Made by a program: the position numbers and the translations under genes
DNA from: Crassostrea angulata
Taxonomy: Eukaryota
Direction of reading: 5' to 3'
DNA length: 64,000 nt
NCBI RefSeq assembly: GCF_025612915.1
Contig: NC_069116.1
Coordinates: 6,218,123 to 6,282,122 of the forward strand
Part shown: in pieces, positions 22,431 through 35,639 of the stretch
How the letters are laid out: each line of letters begins with the position of its first letter
Position numbering within the stretch: position 1 is the first letter of the stretch
Notes under the pieces: model-generated
The model's input: the letters and a program-made list of their open reading frames with translations, nothing else
Told to the model about the DNA's origin: nothing
Databases searched by the model: none

Positions 22431-22537
22431 TGGTAAGTTTCTTCCAAAACGTCATAAAACGCCCCATAAGCTTTCTGGCCTCGCTTTGGAATCATATCCA
22501 TCAGTGTACGAATTTGATTTTCTCTTGTGGTCTCGGA
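22431..22537 (-). CDS. Caspase-like gene, exon encoding the CARD C-terminal half (SETTRENQIRTLMDMIPKRGQKAYGAFYDVLEETY)
   Basis: Acceptor atttgtag|TCC and donor TACCA|gtacaa. It resembles the caspase-2 CARD ...LLPKRGPQAFDAFCEAL. Phase compatible with both neighbours. Confidence 0.65.
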
Positions 22538-23376
22538 CTACAAATATACATTTTTGTAAAGCTTGTTAAGAAACGGTAATACATCTTTTAAGTTTGTAGA
22601 TTTAATTGAATATTAGCCAAGGAACAAGATATGTATAAAGCAACAAGTATTTGAGAGCAGCTAGGTTGGGAAATAAGATCTGATATACATACATGTAGTA
22701 CTAAAATGACTTTGAATTTGTAATGAACGTTGTAAACAACAAAGATAATAAGATATTTTCTTCCCGTAATGGTAAAAACAAATTAAATTTTTAATAATAG
22801 AGGAGCAATTTTTGCACGAAAAACCACAACCGAATCGGTAGTGTTTTGAGACAAAATATATAGATACTTCATTTGCTGATATCTAATAGAGTGTAGGTAT
22901 AGGTGTATCAATTTAATCAAAGTCGAGATTAAAAAATGTCAGACATTATCTAATTCGAAGGCCACTCTTTTTCAGTTAACGTTTTGTTTTGCACACATGT
23001 TTAAAAATTTTATCTAACATATTATGAATTGGGGCAGGTGTTGAGCAATTCTTTGTCATCAAATAGTTCTACAAAATACTGTTAGTAAAAAAGAGCAAGT
23101 ACTTCTGAGCCCTTTTAAATACTCGTACATTTCTCGTACATCAATAGATTTATTAAGTTTATTTCCTTTACAATTTTTATCACGTATTTTTATTATAATA
23201 CACTTTTGTTTGCTATAAAATTTAAAAATCTAAGTGTCAATTTGCAGTTTTTTTTTCAAACAATAACTCCCTTAAGATGTAGTGAAACAATTCAATCAGA
23301 CGACATTTAAAATCTTGCTCTAATTCTATATACATGTAATAATCCTCATATAAGATTGAATCATCCAGATAGATAC

Positions 23377-23511
23377 CAATATTTCGTTCTTCATCCCCTC
23401 GCTGAGCACCTCCCTCTGGTACAAGCGATCACACACCGTGACAACATCCACGAGGTCCCGGATGAACAGACTTCTACTCCGCCTCAGTATGGAGCGCTCT
23501 CTGTCGTCCAT
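23377..23511 (-). CDS. Caspase-like gene, exon encoding the CARD N-terminal half (MDDRERSILRRSRSLFIRDLVDVVTVCDRLYQREVLSEGMKNEIL)
   Basis: ATG at complement 23511 and donor TTG|gtatct. The protein is CARD-like, with caspase-2/9 prodomain character. Confidence 0.7.
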
Positions 23512-25799
23512 CCTAACCACGCCACCTAGCGACCAAACCTGTCAGTCCTCTCCAGGGAGTCTCTGCAAATATGTTTTTTAACCAAATGAAATTTAACTTC
23601 TTCATTCATACTTTTCCAGCTTCGTATTATTTGGATGATTTTTGAATAATTTACTATGACTTGTATCTTTTTGGTTAATTTGTTTTGGAAATGTAATATT
23701 TAGTAAGAGTTACAATTGAATAAGATGCAAGAGTGCAAGAGAAAAGATGTTGAGGTTTCTAAAATTTCGTATATAATTCCATGCAAAAAGGAGTGTAACT
23801 AAGTGGATATTATGTACCATACTCAAAAGAAACAGTAGGACAGTTAAACTTATGATAAATCAAGGTTTACAAGAATACAAATTTTCATTACACAAATGTG
23901 TTATAGAATATATTTTGTGTTGAAATGTCCAGAATATTTATAATTAACAAATATTATATGTTATTTTTAATTAAAACCTTCTTCATTCTAAAAAAACCCC
24001 TAGTAGTCCAGGAAAGCAATTACTATGTGGACGTACACTGTATAATAAAATCAGACACCAACAAATCATATATGCAGCTGATATATGGAATATGCATTGC
24101 ATTGATAAGGTGATGGGTATTTTATGTTTAGTAAACTATAGAAAAGTTTATGCAACAATATTTCTGTGATTAAATCTGAGCAACTGTACAAGAGGGGAAG
24201 ATTTTGTAAGTTATTGAAATTTTAGTTGCAGACACCTATATTACTACATCAAATAATACTTACCAAACGTACATACTACCTTCGTGACGAATTAGTATAC
24301 AAGATAGGGTTTCTGCATGAAAAGCACAATTTAAAATATCGCGCGGAAATATTCGGTAAATCCCCTGCATTTTCCATGTAAACACGGACTCGATTGTTTA
24401 TATTTTTGTCATACATTAATGGCATTTCGATAGATTAAAACAACAGAAAACGTTTGTTTGTTCATTCTATAGATATGAAATATGAATTTAAGCAGAAAGA
24501 AGAATATAAGTTTGAATCTGTGCTTTTTTGTCAACGTGCTGGACGAGTGACGCAACTTGTCAGAAATTTTAGGGGAATCACCGAATATTTCCGCTATTTA
24601 TATATGATTCTATACAGTGTGTTTCTGTGGAAATCGTTGCACCAACTCGATATCCATGCTTATTTTGATTTTTGTTTGGTAAATTTGTTGCTGCTTTTAA
24701 CTTGGATTTTAATCAAGAAATTATACTGCATTTCTCAGAAAATGTCAAAAACCATTTTCAAATACTGAGTACTTCGAATAATTCTTTTTCATTATGTCTC
24801 AATCGCATATTGATAAATGAATCGTTTATTTTATTGTACGTATAAGATTAGCCATTTTTTCAGCGATAATCACCTGCAACGAAGTTAATTAGTAGAAAAA
24901 AAACCCATGAGGCGTCCGTAAGTCCAAAGATCGACTGTAGACGGCGGCTAGTATCTAGACAGCGCCGTCTTGATAAGTATATTAACCTTATTGTTTACTA
25001 GTGTTTCTACTGTATCACAATCAATGCCCTCCCTTTTGTTTTAATAACTGATATATGTTAGAAGTAGAATTTGTTGAAAAATTCAAGAAGACCTAGTTTT
25101 TTAGTAAATGGTGTATCCGTTCTTTTCAACGAATTGATTAAAATTGCATTTTTGGCATTTTGAATGGAAATATATTTATTTTGATTTTTAATTTTTTATC
25201 TTTTTTTTTAATAAGAATAAGATATGTATCAATTTACCTATAATTTGAATTATAAATCATTTCTAATACGTTATATAAGGTTTGTTGTATTTGTAAATCC
25301 CAGAGATAAAAGTTGTATTATATCATGATATATTACAACTTTTATACAACTTTAATACTTCTTGCGGTTTTTCATTTTTGTTTTCAATTCTACAATACAT
25401 TTTGTACTTATATACTATTAAATGCAGTCAAAGAAATGACACTGTTGAGAAATAGTTTCCTCATTCTTTTCAAAGTAAAAGCCTATTGTAGCCGTTTTCC
25501 ACGATACATCAAAATATAAACATTTTTGAAAAGTGTCCCATATTAGACTTATATATTTACATCGTATATTGAGATACTCATTGTCTTACTTTCATCTTCA
25601 CTAAAAAGCCCCCAAAACACGCATATCATTTTTAAAAATTCTCCATCCTCTCTTCATTTTCTCTGTTATATGATAGAGTGCTTAACAGTTTATGATGAAA
25701 GTCAGATATTTTTAAAACACAGTTCATAATACCAGTTTTCAACCATTTTTTAAACATAATAATTTTATTACACTATAGCGGTTCCTTTGATAATGTGTT

Positions 25800-27850
25800 T
25801 AGACTCATGTCTGTTTTAATTTTCTTGCACTCGTAAAAAAAGACAAATGTTTATGTATTGATAATCATTTTTTGCAACATTAATTTTATAGAAATGCTCA
25901 AAATCTAAATGTTTTTCTTTACATAGACTGTCTACAAAGATAGCCAAGGAACTGCTTTTTTTCTGGAAATGTGATTTATCCAGGGCTCTTTCATTGATTT
26001 TAGTTTCATAATTATACCCACGTCTACATCTTGGATTCTGCCTATCTGAGTAGTTCTTTGAATTAATTCTATCTCTTTTATTCCCAATAAAATTATACAA
26101 AAGACTGTATTTTTTCAATATATCTTTACCAGGGACGTTTAAAATTGACCCGGTGTATAAGAATTTTGGTATTGCCAAGCTATTTATTATATAAACTTTA
26201 CCAAATACTGTTAATTTTATTGTAACACATTCGTTTATTTTGACCTATACAGATTCCAAGAGTTTTTATACACGTCTTGTTTACTCTTACATTTTCTATT
26301 TCACGTATAACATTTTTCCAGGGACCTCTAAAGATACATTCTGTTTTAGACATGTTTTATTTCATACCTGATACTTCACTTAAACTTTGTACATGTGTTA
26401 TCTTTAAGGAGGTTTTCAACGAAGCTTCGTCTTTTAAAGGGAGAATACAGTTATCTACATGTTGTATTATTTAAATACTCTGAGGCATTCTAGGTTTTTG
26501 AAAGCCTTTTATCTTTGGATTAGATCTTATGAGGAATGCTTGGATTTCGACAAATAATATTGCGAATAATGGACACCCCTTCTTATATCTCTTTATGCTT
26601 TAGATATCTACACATTTTTTTATATTCTGAATATAGGTTTGTTATATAAAATGTTAATCCGTTTTAAAAAAATTCTCCGAAATTGAATTTTTGAGAACTT
26701 TCAACATAAAAATCCACTCCACTGAATCAAAAGCTTTTTAAAAGTCAAGGATCAACAAAATTTATTCTAAATCATTTTCATCAAATATGTCAACAAATAA
26801 TCTTGCGTTCAAAGCTATATTTCGTCCTTTAAAATAATGTGATTGATTGATATGTATTTCTTTATCAAGAATATTTTGTAGTCTGATAGCAAAACTAAAG
26901 CAAGAGTTTTGTAATCAGTGTTTGTAAGGCTAGTACATTGTAGGTCTATAATTGTTTAAATTTTTGGAGATCTCCTTTTAGATTAAAGAGTTATTAGAGA
27001 AAGTCTCTGCAAATATGCCATAATTTTCTTTTCATTAATTTCTTGAATAGTACAATAATAATTTTCTTTTAAGCTATTCCAAAACGTTTGTTAAAATTCT
27101 GACGGTAATCCATCAAGTCCCGGATATTTTTTTCCGTACTTAGTATTGCTTCTGTACATTCCGAAATCGTTGAAAATTTGTCTTATTCTTTATTGTCATA
27201 TTGTTTTGTCAATGTCGTTGAGTTTACACTCTAAATTTAGATCATCGAGATATTTGTTTACTGTGCTGTTATATGTGTTGCATGATTTATATAATTTTTC
27301 ACTAATCTCTCAAACAGATTGTAAAATTTGGTCTTCATAAGATATGTAATCCTCTGTTTTTTAAAAATGTAATCACGTTTGTTAATTGTCTTTTCTTTTC
27401 TAATCTTAGAAAGTATGCGGTATTTATCTCCATATTCTATCCAGTTTGCTCTCGAACTTATTTTGAATTTTTGTTTATTAACTCTGATAATCCAGTTTCT
27501 AATTCTCCTTTCCTGTTCATATTTTCATTAGGCAAGTTTTTTTTTGTTATATTCATTTCTATTTATGCAAACAGTTTTTATCCTTCCTTTCAAAATATGC
27601 CATGAATCAATAAATTTTTCTTTATTGAAAGCAAAGTGTTAAAGGAATATGTTCATTTCACTATTGATTTTTTTTCAAGCAATGCAGCATTAAATTTCAA
27701 ATATCCGATTTTTAGAATTAACACCTCTCAAAATGACACAATACTTATATCATGCTTAGTTTACGTCAAAAATGTTTTCAAACTATTATCTGTTACATTA
27801 ATAGTCCAAAGGCGGTCATTGTCTAATAAATATAATATTTGACAAGCTTA
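25800..27850 (-). mobile_element. Degraded non-LTR retrotransposon (LINE) on the − strand, carrying RT motifs with frameshifts
   Basis: The reverse complement encodes ...KKYPGLDGLPSEF.QTFW (about 27100; RT N-terminus PGPDG.P.EFY motif) and ...KGCPLFAILFV... (about 26560; RT GCPLSP motif). ORF 25816–26178 is its C-terminal remnant. Multiple stops and frameshifts are present. Confidence 0.6.
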
Positions 27851-28264
27851 ATAGTCTATACTTATAAATTAAGACATTTCGTCAATAAACTACGAAACGC
27901 CTGCACCAGAGCAACTGCTTATACCTTTGGTATTTTAACATTGCAATATGTTGTCCGTCTGCTATAATTAAATTTTACCTGATAAATAATTTTTGAGAAA
28001 TAATTAAAGAAAACTACTTTCATTTTCGATAAACCAGCCTAAAATAGCAAAAATGAGGGTAAGGTGGTGGACACGCTTTGGCGGATCCAAGTCAGTAGGA
28101 GTTTGCATCAAAATATATGCTTGCAATGAAATGATATTGCACGATTACGTAAAAAGTGAATATATTTACTGAGAACTTATCTAGGACATACCCTGACTAA
28201 GAGCGCAAATAATGGCTTTATAGCAGCGATATATAATAGTTCCTACAAATAGACATTAGTATGA

Positions 28265-28450
28265 ACATATAAATATTAGCATTGAATGCTTATTTTAGGA
28301 TGTCGTCGGTCCTTTGATACACCAAGCGGTGCAAACGAATTATCATATATTATTAGCTAACGCGCGGTATTCAATTTTTCTTCACCGCTTGGTGTGTCAT
28401 AGGACCGATGACATCCAAAATTAAGCATTCAATGCTTAAATAAAGTACTT
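28265..28450. repeat. Approx. 185-bp imperfect inverted repeat (hairpin) with arms ...tttaggatgtcgtcggtcctttgatacaccaagcggtg / caccgcttggtgtgtcataggaccgatgacatccaaaa...
   Basis: The arms and the outer pair agcattgaatgcttatttt / ttaagcattcaatgcttaaat are reverse-complementary, with an about-55-bp loop. Confidence 0.65.
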
Positions 28451-29469
28451 ATAAATATGGGAAGTTGAGTGGGGGAGGGGATTTTTTTTTTTCAAAACAG
28501 TATTTTATCTGAAATTCTTATTTAGAACAGTGACAAAAATTTTATTAAAATTTGACCTTAAGAGCAAAATTTAGATATACAACGCACTAAATACCGACTC
28601 ACTGGTTTGATATTAAACAAAAAAGTTTAAGGCCACGTACATGTATGTAACCGAGCAGAAAGGAGGCAGATGGTGGTGTCAGTCAATTTATTAAATATAT
28701 AAATAGAGGCATTGACCTATAAACAAAGAAATAATACATTAGACTTAAAATAGAGTATTACATGTACATTTCATATGTTTTGTTTCTGAAATCTTTGACA
28801 ATAAGCAACCGTTACTCCAATATTCATTTATAATATAAAAACATGTTTTGTAACAATTTTACATTTGAACTTACAAACAAGTTTTAGAAATTACTATGAC
28901 AAATTTAACTGCAAAAATACGATAAAGTATAATCTTTGCAATTAAAATAAAATGCCCTAATCACTAACATGGTAGTAAAGAAATATATAAGTAAATATAA
29001 TATTAACATACCAAAAGATGCAGCAGATACACGCTGGATTGACCGACGATGTTAAAAATGAAAAACTGCCTAATTTAACTTAGTTTAAACGGTTACTTAT
29101 ATCAAATAGAAAAATGAAATTTAAATAAACGCCAGTAACACTGCGCAACTGCAGGATTGAGTTGGCTGTGTAAAGTCTTTCGTTTTTCATTATCCAATAA
29201 ATTTCATTTTCATAGCAAATTAGACAAAAGCAGGTCGATATTTGACAGCTTGTTTTGATGAGCAAACTATAGATAGTAGTGACATCCCACCGAAAGTCCA
29301 AGATCTTGTTACAACGCCCATATCTACGCAGTTCATAACCCGCGTTAAATAGAAACAGCCAAATCGTCTCCTATGTCTGAGTCTGAGTATGTTGAGTCTG
29401 ACATTATCATCATGATTATTTCGTGCAGTTCGTGATTTTTCTAAGGTCGCTGTTGGTTTTACGAAAGAC

Positions 29470-30065
29470 GAATAGGGCCACATAAAAATATTTTTATCTC
29501 GTAAATACGAAAAAAGATCTCGTTATTACGAGTTAATTATCTCGTTATAACAAGAAAAGATCTCGTTATTATGAGTTAATTATCTCGTAATTACGAGAAA
29601 AGATCTCGTTATTACGAGATAATTATCTCGTTATTACGAGAAAAGATCTATTTAAAATGGTGCATTTCATTGTTCTATTCCCTTTATGTAAAGAGTATGA
29701 ACTAATGCAATGTTTATTATTATACACATCCTTAGCATCGTTTTAAAGCGTGCACATAATTTGATATAAAATCGGACAAAGCAGTTTTAAAGAAACTACG
29801 AGAAAAGATCAAAATTAAATCAACGTTTCTAGAAAGAAAAAGATAGACTGAAAGGATAATCCCGTCGACAAGGAGGTCTTTTCAGAAACGCTTCATTTCA
29901 TATAATTTTTTTCTCGTAATAACAAGATCTTTTCTCGTTATTACGAGATAATTAACTCGTAATAACGAGATCTTTCTCGCAATAACGAGATAAATAACTC
30001 GTTATAACGAAATCTTTTCTCGTTATTATGAGTTTTAAAGAAATAGGGCCACATAAAAAAATATT
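29470..30065. mobile_element. Foldback-type element: subterminal inverted arrays of (tctcgttattacgag/ataattatc) tandem subrepeats flanking an about-250-bp core, bounded by direct repeats atagggccacataaaaa
   Basis: 29500–29650 and 29900–30040 are reverse complements of each other, made of about-25-bp subrepeats. The 17-bp direct repeat is at 29473 and 30044. Confidence 0.65.
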
Positions 30066-30169
30066 TGTGAAGTTCTTATAATATTAACATGTAGTAGTGA
30101 TTTTTTTTTATAGAAGTGCAATTATCTGTTACACATATCACTATAAGAACTTGTTTTAGTTAGTGTATC

Positions 30170-30640
30170 AACAAAACTAAATTAATTTTGTTACTAAATA
30201 GACGTCTGTCAGGTGAGGGGAATTTAATCGTTTTTGGCTTTATGGCATAAGAAGATACCAACCTCTTTCTGATTATTTTACTGTACAACTTTATTGGTAG
30301 TAATTGTTGTTTTGCAATATTGGTTGGGGAACCAACCGATTCACTTAAATGTATTTTTGATATTCAGATAATTTTACAATCTTTTCGTACATGTATATGA
30401 GTTTATTCTTGACTTTACGTCATTAAAGCTAAAAAAATATATAATGGCTGTTGGGGTTAAACCGTTTCTTGAATTCATTTAGAAAAAATTGAGACCATAG
30501 GAATTTTTAATTTTTTAAATGTGTCAAAGTCACAGAACATACAAACACTAAACCTGTATCAAGTTACAGAATTTGTAAAGACTTGTGTTCAATAATAGTT
30601 TATCACCATCCTATGAACACATACCGGATGTGGGTGGGAT
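30170..30640. repeat. Dispersed repeat family copy A (about 470 bp); second copy at 40120–40600
   Basis: Segments ...gcaatattggtt.ggga.ccaac.g.ttcactta.a.g.atttt...gagtttat.cttgac.ttacgtcatt.aagct... and ...gtgtca.a.t.aca.aa.a.acaaa.c.aaac.tgta.ca.gtt.c..a.ttgtaa.gact.gtg.tcaataa.agtttatca.c are shared. Confidence 0.6.
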
Positions 30641-31370
30641 GTATCGGATTCGAGAATACAACATGTGGTACAGCTGATCGAAGTCATTTATTCATATAAT
30701 TGACTGTAGATGGTTTTTTTTTTTTACTGAATAACGAAATGTTATCGCCTAATATCAATATTATACACTTTATGTCATAATACATTTTAAAAGGCATCAA
30801 TATTTAGGCATTGTTTAGTGAATTACAAACTAACTTGTCTTTCAAAGAGAAAGATAAAAACCTGAATTACGTGTATGAAATAAATGAACTTTGCAAGCCA
30901 CCTGTTTTCGATTATATTAAGTAACAGAGGGAAACATTTTACACATTTAGTATGTAAGAAAGGCTTGTCTAGCTTCCTCAACATTTTAACCATAACTTTA
31001 AATCCTTAAAGTTTTTTAATAGTGATGAATAACTTCAAGAAAATTATAGCAGGTCATATTAAGAGTTTTATTCAACTAAAATAGCAATTAAAAATGATTA
31101 ATAATTAAAAATAATATGTAAGATTAATAACTCTTTGAAAATAAATGCGAACTGTGCAATATTGAGGATTAATAAAACTTGTCGTTTGGTATTTTTTTTC
31201 GTTCTTAATTCTACAACATATTAAATTGTCTTTAAAAAAAGAGTACAATTGCAAGATTTACCCTTTTAAGATGGTAGCAATATCTGCGAAACATTTTGGC
31301 ATGTAAGAGTGTATTTTATACATTATCTAAAATAAAGCGATCTCTTTAAGGTTATTTCCAACCTGTCAAA

Positions 31371-33670
31371 ATGCAAATAATTTTTAACGGTCAAAATTAT
31401 ATTGAATTACCATTGTTTCTCTTAGGAGATTTTAATTTTGATATGCTAGCTGATGGCAATAATGCATTTAAACAAATGCTGCAAAACTTTTCTTTGTCAA
31501 ATGTTGTGAAACAACCAACAAGTTTTTCAACATCAAGAGGTACATTTATTGATCTTTTTATGACAAATGTTGTTGAACATATTGAATCTGTAAATGTCTT
31601 AACACCATTTTGTAGTACACATTGTCCAGTGGGTGCAGATTTACATTTAAGCAACATTCATACAAAAGATACGTAAGAAATTATGCAAATGCAAACTACA
31701 TACAATTGCGCAAAGACTTATTAGATGTTGATTGGGATATGGAGGTATTTAATACTCATAATATCAATGATATTTATGACAATTTTACTAAAGTATATGA
31801 CCATTATGTTGACAAAAATATTCCCAAAAAAGTAGTTACTATTCATAGGATACACTATAAGGCAAAATTAAAAAACAATGATTACCAGTGGGATAAATAT
31901 CGGCAGCTAAGAAATGAAGTCATAAGCATGGTGCGCAAATTAAAACAAGCTTACAAAGAAAAAATTACCTCTCAAGTGTTAGATAAAACAATCCCTCCTG
32001 GAAAATGGTGGCGAATAGTTATTTTGCATCACTGACCAGGATGTAGAAGATCAACTAAGAAATATAAATCCATCTAAACCTCCAGGACCCGATGATATTT
32101 CTCCACATATACTTAAAAAAAATTATCCCTTCCATTATTAGACCCCTTACAAAGTTGTTCAATTTATCATTAAGTAATAAACAACTCCCTCATGTGTGGA
32201 ATGTTTCCAATATCACACCAGTTTACAAAAATAAAGGTAACACTGAAGAGCCAGGAAACTATAGACCAATCGCGTTAACTAGTATTTTATGTAAAATTAT
32301 GGAAAAAATCATTTTTAAATATCTCTACAACTACATGTTAGAGCATAATCTTTTATCTAAAAACCAATCAGGTTTTCAACCTAGAGATTCTACTGTGAAT
32401 CAACTTTTGGAAATATATAATACTATTATTAGCAATCTAGACCAAGGAAAAGATGTTAGGTTTATATTTTGTGATATTTCAAAAGCATTTGACAAGGTCT
32501 GGCACAAGGGACTATTATATAAGCTAAAACAAAATGGTATCTATGGGAACATATTAGATTGGATTGAAAATTATCTTACTGACCGCGAACAAAAAGTATT
32601 GTTAGACGGATATTTCTCTACTGAACAAAGTATAAATGCTTTTGTTCCCCAGGGCTCTGTACTTGGTCCATTTCTTTTTTTTTTTGTATATATTAATGAT
32701 ATCACTCTTACTCTTGAAAATCAAATTCGGTTATTTGCAGATGATACTTCTCTTTTTGCAATTGTAGACTCTGATACAATAGGACCTGCAATATCTTTAA
32801 CAAATGATCTAGAAAAAATTAAAAAATGGTCTACACAATGGCTGGTGGAGTTTAATCCTAACAAAACTGTAAATGTTAACTTCACTCGGTCAGATAAATC
32901 ACATCCGGATATCTCCTTTGGTCATACAATAAACTATATAGACTGTAAGCAAAATCACTGTCACCTCGGACTAATTCTCCAATCAAATGCATGTTGGTCT
33001 GAACAAATTACAAACATTTTTGATAAAGCAAGTCAACGTTTAAATGTTCTTCGTACTCTTAAATACAAATAAAACAGGGAGTCTTTAACTAAAATTTACA
33101 TTTCCTTTATTCGTCCTATTTTAGAATATGGTGATGCAGTATGGGATAATTGTACGCAAGAACAGAGCAATCTTTTAGAAAGTGTACAAATAGAGGCTGG
33201 GCGCATTATACAGGACTGAGGCGCACTTCCTCAAGACAAAACTTATAGAATGAATTAGGGTGGGAAACGTTAAGCGATAGAAGGAAAAAACACAAAGTTA
33301 CACTCATGTATAAAAAACTGAATAATTATACACCCAAATATTTGTTTGATATGGTTGAACAGTGTCTCCCAGTCTCACACAATTATTCATTACGTAATAA
33401 TAACTTGTTTCACATTCTAAATACCAGAACTGTTGCATATTATAATAGTTTTTTACCCTCAACAGTTAAATTATGGAACACTTTGCCGAACAGTTTAAAA
33501 TCTGCATGTAAATCTTCGGAAAGTACGATACGTATATACTATTAGTATTATAAATATTTATACCTTGATCTCAGATGGAGAGAACTAATATAGGCTATTA
33601 TTGCCTGCTGTTCAATCCAGATTCATTTATATACTTATATGTATATTTTTGAATAAAATATTTCTTAAAC
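31371..33670 (+). mobile_element. 5'-truncated CR1/L2-like non-LTR retrotransposon: endonuclease C-terminus, RT domain with FADD motif, C-terminal domain and 3' UTR. It is degraded by stops and frameshifts.
   Basis: ORFs 31371–31676 (LGDFNFD..., EN end), 31622–32035, 32092–33072 (RT: PPGPDDISP...YRPIALTSILCKIMEKII...FCDISKAFDKVWH...FADDTSLF) and 33306–33545. The frame breaks at 31677 and 32035–32092. Confidence 0.8.
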
Positions 33671-34527
33671 TAACGGTCAAAATTAAAAACTTTAAAATAA
33701 CACAGACAACCGTGAAAACTTTTAAACATAAAACTAATTTATGTTTTCAAAAAATCTATCCAACATAAGAATTGCATTTTATGGGCAAAAACAAAACAAA
33801 GACATCTATAGAATCTTCAGTTAGATAGTAAATCTTTCCCACAAACACTGCTTTCAAATGAATATAAAAATGGGCCCTAATAGTGCTAATCTTGTATTTC
33901 GATAATTATTTTGCATTACGTGTAAATCAAGATATTTAATGAACTCCATTCAACTAGGTGTACATGTATAACTTTTAAAAAAGTTACAAAATCAACTACA
34001 CGTTATCACCTGATTGTTATTAACGGAGACATTATCTGGATATCATTTCAGATTCCTTTGGACTCAATGCAACATAACCTTTGCTCATTTAACCTGTTTT
34101 TCTAGTTTACTGTTGTGGTGCTACCAGCCATATTTTCTGCATTTTTTCTTTTCTCTGACATGAGCTTTTTTTTCCATAGAAAGCTGCTATGTGACTAACT
34201 AATGCAATAAGACAATATTTAGTACTGGACAAATCTGTTGTAGCACCAAAATTGAAAATTTTTAATTACGTGAAGTATTTAAAAAACAAACCCTGATCTT
34301 TTTAATGGTTTTTTTGAAGAGTTTGTTTAAACGTTATGTAAGAATGTAAGTCAGTCAACAGTTTTTTCATATTGTCATAAACAGTTTAGAGCTCTTATAA
34401 TTGATACAATCAAGAGGGAAAATATAAATAAATAAACCATAAAAAAATGCTAGTAAAGGCGGGGTCAGAATGTGTCAGTTACACGTGTTATCTGAGTAGA
34501 CACAAAATAAAAAAAAAATAGATTTCA

Positions 34528-34550
34528 TTGACATACCCGGCTTATAAAAA
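34528..34550 (+). promoter_or_regulatory. Candidate core promoter of S1 (TTGACATACCCGGCTTATAAAAA, TATA box about 45 nt upstream of the ATG)
   Basis: TATA-containing motif repeated at 45178–45200 and 57495–57517, each followed about 45–65 nt later by an S1-like ATG context gaaccATG. Confidence 0.5.
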
Positions 34551-34595
34551 GGTGTAAACTGAAACAGTTCTCATTAAACAAAGACACCAAGAACC

Positions 34596-34812
34596 ATGCA
34601 GAGCGCTGTTCTTCTCCTACTCCTTCCGGTTTGTTGTGGGATGGTGATTCCACACGGTCCAACCCCTGGCCCTCCCCCCGGATGTTTTTACAACGGGAAG
34701 CATTACAGGCCCGGGGAAATCATGCACTCCAGTACGGAGGGGGACTGTGAGAGAACAATGTTATGTACAGAATACGGTCCAGTTGCCGGAGATTCCAGGG
34801 GCTGCTTTACGC
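34596..34812 (+). CDS. S1: small secreted cysteine-rich protein, exon 1 (signal peptide MQSAVLLLLLPVCCG + four-Cys domain PGCFYNGKHYRPGEIMHSSTEGDCERTMLCTEYGPVAGDSRGCFT)
   Basis: ATG with upstream TATA, a hydrophobic signal peptide, a four-Cys motif shared with three paralogues downstream, and a good donor ACGC|gtatgt at 34813 (phase 1). Confidence 0.65.
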
Positions 34813-35639
34813 GTATGTTTTTTTTATATTCCTACAAAATTATTTTAAATCTAATATCTCTATGAAGCAACCCTTGTCTATGCAAGTTTATGAAACTGAA
34901 TCTGTATCAACAATGTGATTCAACATAAAATGCCATTTTTAACTAAGTCGAAATGAAAAGAACCTCTGCATCATTCCTAAACTGAGAAACAAAGATGAAA
35001 AATAAATTTGTGAATTTTTCAAAATTAATGCTTAATTAATGTTTAGTCAAAAACAACACAGTCAAAAATGGTGTTGTGTGGTACTTTTTGGCCTTGAGTG
35101 GCTAATTGTTTTTGTATGTATATATCTTAGCATTATTAATACAGTTGATAGATCTGTTGATAAAATTATTTTCAACAATTTTGAGACAAAGAAAAAAAAA
35201 AGGGAAAGAAGAAAACGGAGAGATTGAGAGAGAATAAGAGAATTATGAATACATGTATCATGTCAGAAATGTTTTACAAATAGGCATGATAAAAATATTT
35301 ACGAATTATCGTCATCAGACAAGGTATATATAATTCGTGCAATTAAGTTGCTATGCCAATGGTCAGGACCTGATATATACACCAGACAAAATTGCTAACG
35401 CACCATTTAAAATAAAATTATATTTACATTCTAAAAAAATTTCAAGATGTATTTAATGTTTAAATAGGTGACCTTAATTATAAGTAAGACATTTAAATGC
35501 CCAAACGGATAAATGAATGCAATGTTAACCAAAGCGTAACTGTTCTTTAGAAATGCTCAAATCGTGCTCACACTTTTTTTGGAAAAATAAATCTTTATTT
35601 TCTTTTTTGTGTGCTCATTATTGATGCATGCATTACTAA

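Noticed and set aside
24454-24768. 104-aa + strand ORF
   Set aside because: It is AT-rich and low-complexity, with no splice or promoter context and no family resemblance. It is probably a chance ORF.
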